A stretch of DNA of 64,000 nt, from the NCBI GenBank assembly GCA_963766715.1, contig CAVYBH010000002.1, forward strand, positions 222,732 to 286,731, written 5' to 3'. Below are positions 18,877 to 29,760 of the stretch, piece by piece. The first letter of the stretch is position 1, and every line of letters starts with the position of its first letter. The DNA is from an uncultured delta proteobacterium. GTDB taxonomy: Bacteria > Myxococcota > Myxococcia > Myxococcales > Anaeromyxobacteraceae. The notes beneath the pieces were generated by a model. It was given only the letters and a program-made list of their open reading frames with translations. It was not told the DNA's origin and searched no databases. The translations under genes and the position numbers were made by a program.

Positions 18877-20472
18877 ATGGCCAGCGCCGCGCACCTTCTG
18901 ATGCCCGACCGACCGACCCCGAACGACGAGACAGGGGGGCTCCTTCGGCTCGGTTCGGCCGCGGCCCTGGCCGGCGTCGCGACAGGGCTGCTCGGCGCGG
19001 CCTTCCGGGTGGCGCTCGACTCCGGCCACTCGCTCCGGGACGCGCTCGTCTCCTGGGCGCACGGCTGGCCTCGGTGGGGGTGGATCTTCCCGGTGGCCGC
19101 CTCCGGCGCCGCCGTGGCGCTCGCCCGGTTCCTCGTCCGCTTCGCCCCCCTGGCCTCCGGGAGCGGGGTCCAGCACGTGGAGGCGGTGGCGCGCGGGGAG
19201 GCGGAGCCCGCCGGCCTCCGGACGCTGCCCGTGAAGTTCGCCGGAGGCGTGCTGGCCATCGGGGCCGGGATGGTCCTCGGGCGGGAAGGGCCCACCGTAC
19301 AGATGGGCGGCGTGGTCGGGGTGGAGACCGGACGCGGCCTGAGGCTCTCCCGTCGAGACCGGATCGACCTGCTCGTGGCCTCCGCCGGCGCCGGGCTCGC
19401 CGTGGCCTTCAACGCCCCCGTCGGAGGCGCGCTCTTCGTGATCGAGGAGGTGACGAAGAGGGTCCGGCTTCGCCTGACGCTCATGACACTGCTCGCCTGC
19501 GGGGTGGCGGTGGCGGTGTCGCGTGCGCTCCTCGGAGACCAGCCCGTCTTCCAGGTTCCCGCCCTGCCCGACGCTCCCCTCGCGAGCCTGGTTCCGTTCC
19601 TCGCCCTCGGCCTCGTCGCCGGCGCCCTGGGCACGGCCTACAACCGCTCGGTCGTGGCGGGGCTCGACCTCTTCGCCTGGTCCCGCCGGGTCCCGCTCGA
19701 GCTTCGCGCCGGGATCGCGGGCGGACTGGTCGGGCTGCTCGCATGGTGGTCCCCGGCCATCGTCGGGGGAGGAGACCTGCTCAACCAGCGCCTGCTGGAC
19801 GGAGCCGCCCCCCTCGGAACGCTCACCGTGCTCCTGGTGCTGAGGTGGTTCCTCGGGGCGGGCTCCTACGCGGTGGGGACCCCCGGGGGACTCTTCGCGC
19901 CACTCCTGCTGCTCGGCGCCACGACGGGGTCGCTCTTCCACGGGCTCTTGTCGGGTGCGACGTCCCTGCCGCTCCCGGCCGCGCCGGCCTTCGCGGCGGT
20001 GGGGATGGCGGCGTTCTTCGCGGGCGTGGTCCGGGCGCCGCTCACCGGGCTGGTCCTGGTCGTCGAGATGACGGCGTCGACCACCCTCATCGTCCCGATG
20101 CTGGTGGCGTGCTTCGGCGCCGTCGCCGCGGCGACCGCGCTGCGGAACCCGCCCGTCTACGACACGCTGCGGCTCCGGATGCTCGCAGCCGACCGCGCGC
20201 ACGGTGCCGCCCGAGGCCGGCCCGGGATCAGAGGCGGATGGTTCCGGCCAGGACCAGGTTGCGCGAGGAGTTGCCCACGTGGACGCCGTAGTCGCCCGAC
20301 GAGACGGCCCATGACCGCGCCGCCGTGTCCCAGTAGCCGAAGGGGTGGGCCGAGGAGCTCGCCGTCCACGAGGATGGTGACCGTCTCGCTCGCGCCAGGA
20401 GCCAGCGTCACCTTCTTCCAGCCGATCAGCCGGCGGGGCGGCTCGTTCAGGCCGGCAGGCATCGAGAGGTAG
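18877..20472 (+). CDS. clcA: ClC H+/Cl- exchange transporter; homology ends near 20200 and the ORF reads on into the convergent gene
   Basis: GSGVQ, GREGPTVQ, FNAP, GGLFAP, VRAPLTG and PVYD motifs. Confidence 0.88.
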   Translation: MASAAHLLMPDRPTPNDETGGLLRLGSAAALAGVATGLLGAAFRVALDSGHSLRDALVSWAHGWPRWGWIFPVAASGAAVALARFLVRFAPLASGSGVQHVEAVARGEAEPAGLRTLPVKFAGGVLAIGAGMVLGREGPTVQMGGVVGVETGRGLRLSRRDRIDLLVASAGAGLAVAFNAPVGGALFVIEEVTKRVRLRLTLMTLLACGVAVAVSRALLGDQPVFQVPALPDAPLASLVPFLALGLVAGALGTAYNRSVVAGLDLFAWSRRVPLELRAGIAGGLVGLLAWWSPAIVGGGDLLNQRLLDGAAPLGTLTVLLVLRWFLGAGSYAVGTPGGLFAPLLLLGATTGSLFHGLLSGATSLPLPAAPAFAAVGMAAFFAGVVRAPLTGLVLVVEMTASTTLIVPMLVACFGAVAAATALRNPPVYDTLRLRMLAADRAHGAARGRPGIRGGWFRPGPGCARSCPRGRRSRPTRRPMTAPPCPSSRRGGPRSSPSTRMVTVSLAPGASVTFFQPISRRGGSFRPAGIER

Positions 20473-22381
20473 ACCTGCACGACCTCGGCCCCGGCCCGGG
20501 TGCCCGTGTTGGCGAGGTCGACGGTGACGCTCAGCCGGGTTCCGTCCGCGAGGCTCACCACGGGGTTGGTGATGGCGAAGGTGGTGTAGGAGAGCCCGAA
20601 GCCGAAGGGGAAGAGGGGCTCGATGCCTTGCGCATCGAACCACCTGTACCCGGTCTGCAGCCCCTCGTCGTACCGGACGTCGAACGGCGTCGAGCCGCCG
20701 GCGATCGTGACCCGGGGCAGGTCCTGGTCGGACTTCGGGAAGGTGATCGGCAGCTTGCCCGACGGATTCACGTCGCCAAACAGGATGCGGGCGAGGGCCT
20801 CGCCGCCTCGTTGCCCCGGGAACCAGGCGGCCAGCACCGCGCGACGCTGGACAGCCAGGGCATGGCCTGGGCCCCGGGACCCTGGAGCACGACGATGGTG
20901 TGCGCGTTCGCCGCGGCGACGGCGCGGATGAGCGCGTCCTGGTCCAGGAGCGAGGAACGGTGCGTCAGGTCGATCAGGTCGAGCGTGGGACGATCCTGGG
21001 TCTCGGTCGACCACTGCGCCGCGAAGACGATGGCCACGTCGCTCGCGGCGGCGAGGCTGGCGGCCTCGGTCGCGTTCGCCCCGTCGTGAAAGCGGACGCT
21101 GGCGCCGGGTGCCCTGGCCGCGATGGCGGCCAGCGGGGAGGACGCGAGCCAGCGGACCCGGAACGGGAAGACGGGAGACATCTCGACGAGCGCGCTGCCG
21201 CCGATGGGGTCCACGTCGGCCGAGCCTCCTCCCGAGAGGACGCCGACGTCGGCGTGCGGGCCGATGACGGCGATGGTGCGGACGGCGGGAGACAGGGGCA
21301 GCAGGGCGTCGTTCTTGAGGAGCACCGTGCCCTGCTCGGCGACGGCCTGGGCGACGGCCAGGTTCGCGGAGGCATCGACGGTTCCCGGCGAGGTGGGCCG
21401 GTCGTAGAGGCCCACGGCGAAGACCGCGCGAACAATCCGGTGGACCATGTCGTCGAGCCGGGCCTGGGTCATCTGCCCGGCCTCGAGCGCGGCCTTCATT
21501 CCGCCGAACTGCGCGGGCCCGGGCATCTCCATGTCCAGCCCGGCCATGGCGGCGGGGCCACAGCTGTGGGTTCCCCCCCAGTCGGACACGACGAAGCCCT
21601 TGAAGCCCCAGTCCTGCTTCAGCACGCCATTGAGCAGGGAGTCGTTCTCCGAGCACCACGCTCCCCCCATCAGGTTGTAGGCGGCCATCACCGACTGCAC
21701 GCCGGCGTCCTGGACGCCAATCTCGAATGCCAGCAGGTCCGTCTCGCGGGCGGCCCGCTCCTCGATGACGGCGTTGGCGTACGAGCGGGACGTCTCCTGG
21801 TCGTTCAGGGCGAAGTGCTTGATGCACGCGACGACGCCCTGGTCCTGCGTGCCCTCGAGGTGCGCGGCGTTGATGCGCCCGGCCAGGATGGGGTCCTCGC
21901 CCTTGGTCTCGAAGGCCCGGCCATTGCGCGGCTCGCGTCCGGACAGGTTGACGTTGCCGCCCAGGTGGACGTTGACGCCGTGGGCCCGCATGTCCTTGCC
22001 CAGCACCACGCCGTACTCGTAGGCGAGGTCGAGGTCCCAGGTGGCCGCGCTGGCCATGCCCGACGGAAGCGCGGTGGACTGTCCCGTCGCGTTGCCCACG
22101 CCGACGCTCCCGTCCGCCAGGTAGAGGGACGGGAAGCTCATCCGGGGGATTCCCGGGACGTAGCCGGCGGCGCCCCGGGTGACGTCGGCCGTGCCGCTGC
22201 CGGCGCCGTGGATCAGGGCCAGCTTCTCGTCCTGGGTCATGGCGGCGACGAGGATCGCGGCCCGTTCGTCGGGGCTCAGGGCCGGCGAGGGCGGGGGGAT
22301 CGTTCCCGGGGACTTGCTGCTGCACCCGAAGAGGACGAGGAGCGCGCTGAGCGCGAGCAAGCGATGTTCCGGCATGGGCAT
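20228..22381 (-). CDS. GH3 beta-glucosidase lipoprotein with Fn3-like tail (frameshifts near 20845 and 20360)
   Basis: Lipobox LFGC; CIKHF, FVVSDWG, VLLKND, NPSGKLP, FPFGFGLSYT. Confidence 0.88.
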
Positions 22382-22448
22382 TCCCCGGACGGCGCGAGAG
22401 GAGGAAATCGCTGGAGTGGTAACACGGCCGGGCTGCCCGTCAGGCACC

Positions 22449-22479
22449 AAAAGAAAAGGCCCCGGAGGAGTCCGGGGCC
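22449..22479 (-). terminator. Rho-independent terminator
   Basis: 9-bp stem GGCCCCGGA/TCCGGGGCC followed by TTTTCTTTT on the - strand, downstream of 22520-23092. Confidence 0.8.
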
Positions 22480-22519
22480 CGGTGGCGGAGGCGCGCCGGG
22501 CGTGCCCCGGCGCCGATTG

Positions 22520-23092
22520 TCACAGGCCGATGGACTTGTGGAGCGCCAGCCCCCGGTCGTTCAGTTCCTTCGCCTTGGCGACGGCCCCGCCCCAGTCGCC
22601 CGCCTTGTACTGCTCCGCCGCGGCGGTCCAGTCCGCCTGGAGCGAAGCGAGGTTGGCCTGCCAGGAGTCGAGGGTCGCCTTGTCCATCCCGGCCGGGAGC
22701 TTCTTCGAGCCGGCCAGGGCGTCGAGCCTGCTCTTCGCGGAGTCGATCACCTTCGCCATGCGGTCTCCCGCCTCGCTCCAGGCCTTCGCCAGCTCGGCCT
22801 TTGCCGCGGCCGCCTGGGCGAGCGCGTCCTTGGCCTTGGCCGGGATGTCCTTCGCGAAGGTGAGCACCCCCTGGTAGTCCTTGTTGGCCAGCGAATCCTT
22901 CGCGGTCGAGTAGCTCGACTCCAGCCGCTTCACGGCGTCCGGGGCGTACTTCGCCGCATCTCCCTTCAGCGAGTCCATCGCCGCGCTCGCGGCCGCCATG
23001 GCCGCCTCCGCGGGGGCCTTGTTCGAGTCGGTGCAGCCCGTCACGATTGCGAGCGAAACCACCGCGGCCATGGTCTTCCATGCGTGTGTCAT
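22520..23092 (-). CDS. Alanine-rich helical lipoprotein
   Basis: Lipobox VTGC; GGAGG RBS; coiled-coil composition. Confidence 0.75.
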   Translation of the reverse strand: MTHAWKTMAAVVSLAIVTGCTDSNKAPAEAAMAAASAAMDSLKGDAAKYAPDAVKRLESSYSTAKDSLANKDYQGVLTFAKDIPAKAKDALAQAAAAKAELAKAWSEAGDRMAKVIDSAKSRLDALAGSKKLPAGMDKATLDSWQANLASLQADWTAAAEQYKAGDWGGAVAKAKELNDRGLALHKSIGL

Positions 23093-23165
23093 GGTCCTGC
23101 CTCCCTGGGTGCAGGTGCAACGGCCGGGTCTTAAGGGGAGGTCAGGGGGCGCGCAAGGCGCCAGG

Positions 23166-23342
23166 CTACGTCAACGCCTTCTTGATCTTCGCGACGTCCG
23201 ACTTCGCGTACAGGTTGCAGACGCCCTTCTTCGCCGTGGGCTTCAGGCCGATGGCGGCGATGGCCTTCTTCACCTTGCCGTCGGAGACGGAGAGTTGCTG
23301 GGCGATCTTGGCGGCGGTGAGCAGGTCGGCGGGATCGGGCAT
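23166..23342 (-). CDS. Small basic HTH protein (excisionase/MerR-like fold)
   Basis: LLTAAKIAQQLSVSDGKVKKAI pattern; Lys-rich; TACCAT-N7-ATG. Confidence 0.65.
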   Translation of the reverse strand: MPDPADLLTAAKIAQQLSVSDGKVKKAIAAIGLKPTAKKGVCNLYAKSDVAKIKKALT

Positions 23343-23462
23343 GGCGGGCATGGTAGCCGAGCCCTGGACGGGGAGCGAGGGGCGGTCGAAACCGGGCGAT
23401 ATCCGCCCGGAGACCGGGAATTCGTCCTCGACCCCGTGCGGCAGTAGCGTTCATGGCCGGCC

Positions 23463-23972
23463 ATGAAGCGGTTCACATGGATCCTTGCGGCGTCCGCAGC
23501 ACTCCTGACACCCACGACCAGCGGCAGCCGAAGCGACAACGCCTCCAGCGACAACCCCTTCCTTCCCCAGATCCAGGGAACGTGGTCGAGCAGCGCCTGC
23601 GAAGGGCCTTCGAACGGGACCTATCAGCGGGCCGGACTCGTCGTCGCCGGCATGGACGTCGTCGTCGCGGTCAGATCCTACCCGACGACCGATTGCTCCG
23701 GCCCCGCGGTGGCGACGACCACCCGCCCGGGCACCCTCTCCATCGACCCCGCCATCAGCGCCCCCCTCGATGCGGCGTCCGTCACCGCGTATCCGATCAA
23801 CATCACCGCATCGGCCGGCGGCTCGACGAGGTCGATGTACACGCTGGGATACGTGGACGCGAGCACGCCGAGGCGGCTCTACATGGGCGACCAGGGCGGC
23901 GAGAACGACGGCAGCACCGCTGCCCTGCGCCCGACGACCCTCGACGACGCCACCTGGTTCACGAAGCAGTAG
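23463..23972 (+). CDS. Secreted hypothetical beta-rich protein
   Basis: Signal peptide; IQGTWSSSAC...YPTTDCSG. Confidence 0.65.
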   Translation: MKRFTWILAASAALLTPTTSGSRSDNASSDNPFLPQIQGTWSSSACEGPSNGTYQRAGLVVAGMDVVVAVRSYPTTDCSGPAVATTTRPGTLSIDPAISAPLDAASVTAYPINITASAGGSTRSMYTLGYVDASTPRRLYMGDQGGENDGSTAALRPTTLDDATWFTKQ

Positions 23973-24117
23973 GCCCCCTGGCATCGGTCGAAGGTCCCCC
24001 GGCGCAGTGAATTGGAGGCTACCCGATTCGCTCCGGGAGCGGGCTTCGCGCCGTCACATCGACGCCAGGGCGGACCTCCTCCGTGCGTCCCCCCGCGCGG
24101 GGGGACAGGAGGAAGCC

Positions 24118-24357
24118 ATGAGGGACGGACTTCGACTCGCAGTCGCAGCCGGGCTTGCGCTCGCAATCGCCGGGGCGCCCACTTCCGGCCTCGGTGAGGA
24201 CGAGCAGGTCAGCGACCAGAGCGCGGACAGGAAGACGGGTGAGGACGCGCCGGGCGCGGCCTCCATGGAACCCGTCCAGGCGCTCGCGGACGACCCGGGC
24301 TACGAGAACTCGGACGTCCACCAGGCCTGGCTCGATTCGATCTGGAACGCGCCCTGA
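24118..24357 (+). CDS. Small secreted acidic protein
   Basis: AGGAGG RBS; signal peptide MRDGLRLAVAAGLAL. Confidence 0.55.
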   Translation: MRDGLRLAVAAGLALAIAGAPTSGLGEDEQVSDQSADRKTGEDAPGAASMEPVQALADDPGYENSDVHQAWLDSIWNAP

Positions 24358-24366
24358 CCTGGGCTG

Positions 24367-25788
24367 CTAGAAGTGGGCGTGCACCCGGATGCCGCCGAGG
24401 ATGGCGGGGCCGCGGGCGGCGTTCATGCCGGGGTTGAAGGCAGCCTGGATGTCCGCAGTCACCTGGAGGTACTTCACGGGCTGCAGCGAGTAGTAGATCT
24501 CCGGGGTCACTTCCCACCCGGAGGAGAGCGCGCCGTCGCCGAGCTGGAACTCGGTGCCGCCGGCTGCGAGGTATGCGGCGTGGGAGGAGGAGATCCCGCT
24601 CACGGCCACGCCTGCTCCGACCGTGTCACCGCGGCGCCCCCAGGTCTCGCCGTCGAGCTGGGCTCCCAGCGAGATCGACCGGTCGATGGAGGTGAAGCAG
24701 AAGGTCTGCGTGTGGCCGTCGTTCCAGCCGGCGCGCAGGTAGGCCTGGAGCGGGCCGAACTGCTGCTGCGCGAGCACCCCGAATCCGTACTTCACCGCTC
24801 CCGGCGTCGCCGTGGCGTCCACGTCGGGCGCCGTCCCGGGCGGCCCGGATGCCGCGATCTCGAGCGCCGTTCCGTAGTTGCCCATGTTCCCCCGGTTCAC
24901 GTACGCGAGGACGCGAACCGAGCCCTCGTGCCGGCCCTCGTTCCAGCCGTACTGCCCCTCCAGCATGTAGGCGCCGCTCTTCGAGAGGTTTCCGTCGAAG
25001 GTCGACCCGTTGGGTGTCGTGGGCATGAGCGCAGCCATCGCCCGGACGGCCCAGTGCGGGTTCTCCCACCCGACCTCCACGCCCCAGGTGTACCCGCGGG
25101 TGTCCGCGACGTAGTCCCAGGCGCCGTTCTGCATGAGCGCCCAGTTCATGAACCTGTGGCGTGGATTGCTCGACGCCTCCGCCACGTCGAGGAAGTCGTT
25201 GCTGCCGAACTTGCCGATGGTGATCTCCAGTCGGCGTGGCGGCCGGGGACGACCGAGGGAGACGCTCCCGGTGGGCATGAAGCCGCCCTCCGGAGGCTCG
25301 CCTTCCTCCTCGGGATCGCCCGGGGCGCCAAGCGCGATGTCCTGGTGGAGGTAGGCGCGGGCCAGGTACGGAGCGGTTCCGACCTTGGTCACGCGGATCA
25401 TGTTGGCGTCGGGGTAGCCCGACAGGCCGCTCACGTTCGGGGCGCCCGCGCCGTTCGAGTACTCGCCGACGAGCACCACCGAGGCCCCTTGCCACAGGTG
25501 TGCGCCGGCCAACACCGAGACGACGAGCGACCAGCCCAGGTCCGGACCCGGGCCGAAGCTGATCGCCGGGTTCGAGTACGGGCTGTGGAACGGAGGGACG
25601 AAGAACGTGTTGGTGGTGACCTGGCCGCCAACGGCCCACCACCTGTCCTCCGAGACCGCGGCGACCTCGGGGGTCGCCTCGCCCTTCTCCTGGGCGAGGG
25701 CGGTTCCGGGCAGGACGAGGAGCGACAGGAGCATGGCGCTCCGGATCCAGTCCGGCGGCGAGCGCTGGGTGCGGCGGCGGCCTTCCAT
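24367..25788 (-). CDS. OprB-family outer-membrane porin (resembles high-affinity Mn2+ porins)
   Basis: FMNWALMQNGAWDYVADTRGYTWG; C-terminal NPGMN..RGP....GIRVHAHF. Confidence 0.8.
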   Translation of the reverse strand: MEGRRRTQRSPPDWIRSAMLLSLLVLPGTALAQEKGEATPEVAAVSEDRWWAVGGQVTTNTFFVPPFHSPYSNPAISFGPGPDLGWSLVVSVLAGAHLWQGASVVLVGEYSNGAGAPNVSGLSGYPDANMIRVTKVGTAPYLARAYLHQDIALGAPGDPEEEGEPPEGGFMPTGSVSLGRPRPPRRLEITIGKFGSNDFLDVAEASSNPRHRFMNWALMQNGAWDYVADTRGYTWGVEVGWENPHWAVRAMAALMPTTPNGSTFDGNLSKSGAYMLEGQYGWNEGRHEGSVRVLAYVNRGNMGNYGTALEIAASGPPGTAPDVDATATPGAVKYGFGVLAQQQFGPLQAYLRAGWNDGHTQTFCFTSIDRSISLGAQLDGETWGRRGDTVGAGVAVSGISSSHAAYLAAGGTEFQLGDGALSSGWEVTPEIYYSLQPVKYLQVTADIQAAFNPGMNAARGPAILGGIRVHAHF

Positions 25789-25790
25789 TG

Positions 25791-26132
25791 CTATCGCCGG
25801 ACGATGTCCACCGAGATCTCCACCGCCGGCGTCGTTCCTCGGTTCTCGAGCCAGTGCGTGGTGCCTTTGTCCTCGGGCCAGCCCACTCCCGGCCCGTAGT
25901 CCTTGGCCACTCCATCTCGATGATCCGTGATCGTTCCCTGCAGGATGTAAACCAATCCCGGCCTGTCCGTGTGGTCGTGAATCGGGCCGAAGACTCCTCC
26001 AGGTTCGATGGTCACCATGCGCATGCGAAGCTGGCGCCCCGCCATGCCCTCGATCTCAGGGCCAAGGTCGAGCGCTGCCAGCAACTGCACCGCAATGCCC
26101 TTCGTCTCAGGCGTTCCCTGCTCGTTTCTCAT
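25791..26132 (-). CDS. Cupin domain protein
   Basis: HDHTDRPG...H.LENRG cupin motifs. Confidence 0.85.
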   Translation of the reverse strand: MRNEQGTPETKGIAVQLLAALDLGPEIEGMAGRQLRMRMVTIEPGGVFGPIHDHTDRPGLVYILQGTITDHRDGVAKDYGPGVGWPEDKGTTHWLENRGTTPAVEISVDIVRR

Positions 26133-26191
26133 CGCCGCTTCCTTTCCGGACGTCCGGGCCGCGCAACACGAATCCTATAGCAGGGCCCCGG

Positions 26192-26221
26192 ATGACACTC
26201 ACGGTGGCGAACTGCTACCCT
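26192..26221 (+). promoter_or_regulatory. Putative sigma70 promoter of kinase 1
   Basis: ATGACA-18 bp-TACCCT with TGn extension; conserved at 55043-55072. Confidence 0.55.
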
Positions 26222-26249
26222 CCGTCGAGTATCCCTGGGGGGGCTCGCC

Positions 26250-29103
26250 ATGGCCGAGGGCCCGGAGGAGCACGGCAGCGCGGTAGCGTCGAGCGCCGGT
26301 GAGCCCGGCCCGCTCTCCCGACTCCTCCAGGAACTGGCCGGCTCTTCCGGTGAAGATGCCCTCGAGGCCTGGAAGCACGAGTTCCAGCCCGGCGACCGGA
26401 TCGGCCGGTTCGAGATCCGGCGCGAGGTCGGACGGGGCGGCTTCGGAGCCGTCTACGAGGCTTTTGACGCGGAGTTGAGCCGCGTCGTCGCCGTGAAGAC
26501 GCTGCGCCTGTCGCGGCCCCGGCGGGATCTCTCCCTGGGCTGGCTCAAGAAGGAGGCCGAGGCGGTGGCGCGCCTCGACCACCCCTGCATCGTGACGCTC
26601 TTCGACGTCGGGACCTGCGCCTCCGGTCCGTATCTCGTGATGGAGCTCCTCCGGGGCCAGACGCTCGCGCAGCGCATCGCGGAGGGACCCATCCCCTGGG
26701 GCGAGGCCCTGCGCATCTCCGAGGAGGTGGCGAAGGGGCTCGCCCACGCCCACCAGCGGGGCGTCCTCCACCGGGACCTGAAGCCCGCCAACGTGTTCCT
26801 GTGCGACGACGGCCGGGTGAAGCTCCTCGACTTCGGTCTCGCGCACCTGCTGGGCACGCAGGAACTGAGGGGCGCCGGAACGCCAGGCTACATGGCGCCC
26901 GAGCAGGCCCGGGGCGACGAGGTGGATCAGCGGGCCGACGTGTACGCGGCGGGCCGGGTGCTGGGCGCCATGCTCCTGGAGCCGCGACCTCGAAGGCTCG
27001 ACCTGGCGTTCCGTGCCGCGACCGCCTCCGATCCGGACGCACGCCCCCGGGATGGAACGGCATGGCTGGAGGCGCTCCGGGCCGCCCGGCGGGCCCTGGA
27101 AAGGCCGGCCCGCGCACGGCGCCTCGCGCTCTTCGCGGGCGCGTTCGTGGTCCTCGGCGTCGTCGCCGCGGGGCTCGTCACCTGGCGAGTCTGGCGCAAG
27201 CAACTGCTCGTGGGCGACGACGGGCGGGTGACCGTCGCCGTGGCGGATTTCGCCAACGAGACGCGCGACCCGGACCTGGACGGCCTGTCCGGCTTGCTCG
27301 TCCACTCCCTCGAGCAGTCGCGCACCGCGCGCGTCCTCACGCGCAGTCGGCTGCTGGACCTGGCGCGTGCGGAGGGGAGGGCGGACGCCGAGCGGATGGA
27401 CGAGCCCCTGGCCCGGGAGATTGGACGAAAGGGCGACGTCCGGGTGCTGCTCCTCGCATCCGTGCGCAAGCTCGACGACACCTACGTGGTGGAGATGCGA
27501 GCGCTCGATCCGACGGGGGACGAGTACCTGTTCACGGCGAGGGAGAAGGCCGCGAGCAAGTCGGAGATGGTCCCGCTGGTCGAGCGACTGGCGAAGCGGA
27601 CCCTGGAGTCGTTCCGCCAGGCGGGCGCCGTGGCCGACACGGGCGCAGGGCCGACGCCCGCCGTCACGACGAGCCTGGAGGCGTACCGCCACTACTTCGA
27701 GGGCATGCGGTGCCTGGACCGGTCGTCGGGGCCGAGCCAGAAGTGCATCCCCCAGCTCGAGAAGGCGGTCGCCATCGACCCGGATTTCGCGCTCGCCCAT
27801 TTCCGGATCGCCCAGGCCGGCCTCTGGTCGGGCGTCCCGCTCGCCACGCTGAAGGAACGGATGACCTCGGCGCTCCGCCACCGCGAACGCCTGCCACCGA
27901 AGGAACGGGCCTGGGTGGAGGCCTTCTCGGCCCAGCTCGACGGCCGCGAGGACGAGGCGGCGCGCCTCTTCCGGGTCGCCGCCGACGTCGGGCTGGACGA
28001 CCGGCACGTGCAGGCCGACGCGGCGGATTTCTTCCAGACGCGCAACGAGCCGGAGGCCGCGCTTCCTTACCTGCGCCGGGCCGTCGCCCTGGAGTCCGTC
28101 GGGGGGCCCTCGGCCATCTACCTCGCGATCGCCCTGGCAGCGCTGGACCGTCGGGACGATCTCGGGGCGCTGGCTCGAGTCCTCGAGACCGGGCCCCAGG
28201 TCAAGGGAGCGCTCGTGGCGCTCACGGCGGTGCGCTATTCCCTCGGCGATCGGCGGGGGGCCCTCGCGTCGGCCCGGGCCGCCGTGGCGGCCTCGACGGA
28301 CGACGTGGAGCGCGGGGAGGCAGAGGACTTGCTGCACCGGCTGCGCGTCGTGATGGGGGACCCAGGGGTGGACGCGGAAACCCGGGCGACCTGCAGCACC
28401 ATCGAGTCCGCCATCGTCGAGACGGTGCGCGGACGCCACGCCGAGGCCCGTCGCCTCCTGGCGCTCGGCGCCATCCCGGGATGCCCGCCCCCCGACGCCG
28501 AGCGTGCCGGGAAATCGTTCTACTTCCAGGCCCTCGCCGCCGACCTCCTCGCCGGGAATCGGCGACCCGGAGGCCGCCTGGCCCCACGCCCGGAGGGCGG
28601 CGGAACTGAACCCTCTGCTGGCCGGGAGCATCGCGGTGCAGCTGGCCTACGCAGGCGACCTGGAGCGCGCCGCGGAGCTCGTGGCCTCGCTCCCCGATGG
28701 CTCACCCCGCCGCAGGACGTACGACGCGGTCGTTCGATGGCGCCGGGGAGATCGCGTCGGGGCGCGCGCGATCCTCGAGGGGTTGAACGGTTACTCCACG
28801 GTGCCCCCCCTGGTCGCTCCGGCGTTCCTGCTCGGAGAGCTCCTCTCGGAGATGGGAGAGGACGAGCGCGCGGTCGACGCGCTGCGCCGGTACCGGAACT
28901 ACTACTTCGTCCACCTGCACTGCGCGGCCTGGGACCAGCCGAAGAGCTCGTTCCTGCTCGCGCGCTCCCTCGACCGCCTCGGGCGGCGCGACGAGGCCCG
29001 AGCCGTGCTCGACGAGCAGCTCGCCGCCTGGAAGGACGCCGACCCGGACATCCCGATGCTCGTCGCGGCGAAGGAGCTGCGGGCGAGACTGGCGGTGCCG
29101 TGA
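26250..29103 (+). CDS. Hanks-type Ser/Thr kinase with TM helix, alpha/beta sensor domain and TPRs (frameshift near 28555)
   Basis: GRGGFG, VAVK, HRDLKPAN, DFG and APE motifs; TPR tail continues in ORF 28504-29103. Confidence 0.92.
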
Positions 29104-29122
29104 CGGGCGGTGGCGTCCAACG

Positions 29123-29617
29123 ATGAAGGAGGAGCGGATCGAGGGTGGCATGAAGGCCAGAGTCCCGTTCGCTCAGTTGCTGCCGTTGCTCGCTGCTCGC
29201 CTGCCTCACCGGGTGCGGCGAGGAGAGAGGAGCCTGAACGAGTACCCGGTGGCGCTCGCCGAGGGCACGTACCGGGTTTCCTTCGGCCGGGGCTACCAGG
29301 CCGCCGACGAGGCCCGCCTGCTCGCCGTGACCGCACGCCTCGACCGGGCCACGAGCCAGGTCGTGTTCACCCTCGCCGACGGGTCACGGCAGGTGCTGGC
29401 ATTCTCACCGCGCCCCAGGAGCCAGTGGCAGCCGGACTGCTTCACCATGTCGAGTCACAACCTGGACGAGGTGGCCGATCTCTCGCCCGCGCCCCTCCGG
29501 CTGGAGTCGCTCTCCTTCCTCACGCCCCTCGTCTACGCGAAGTGCACGAAGACGCGGATGATCCTCGCGAACGACGTCAACGACACGTCCACGTTCCTGG
29601 CCCTCGACCTCGAGTGA
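29123..29617 (+). CDS. Hypothetical protein
   Basis: 164-aa ORF with coding-like codon bias in its 3' two-thirds. Confidence 0.55.
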   Translation: MKEERIEGGMKARVPFAQLLPLLAARLPHRVRRGERSLNEYPVALAEGTYRVSFGRGYQAADEARLLAVTARLDRATSQVVFTLADGSRQVLAFSPRPRSQWQPDCFTMSSHNLDEVADLSPAPLRLESLSFLTPLVYAKCTKTRMILANDVNDTSTFLALDLE

Positions 29618-29760
29618 TCGGGGCGCCCGGCGGGAGCAGGAGGCGCGAGGGCTGACGTACCGCTGGGTGGAATGGCACCCTACCGATAGGGGTCCACGCG
29701 TGCACGGCCGCGGAGTGCTACGAAAATGTCTGCAACCCCACTTGCAGACCGGAGTCCCGG

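Noticed and set aside
20228..20472. 245-bp convergent overlap of ClC and GH3
   Set aside because: ClC homology ends near 20200 and the extension is low-complexity, so a missed stop from an indel is more likely.
22449..22500. Terminator followed by GGTGGCGGAGGCGCGCCGGG, loosely like the ssrA att fragment
   Set aside because: Only gapped similarity in GC-rich DNA and no T-loop match; explained as the terminator of the upstream gene.
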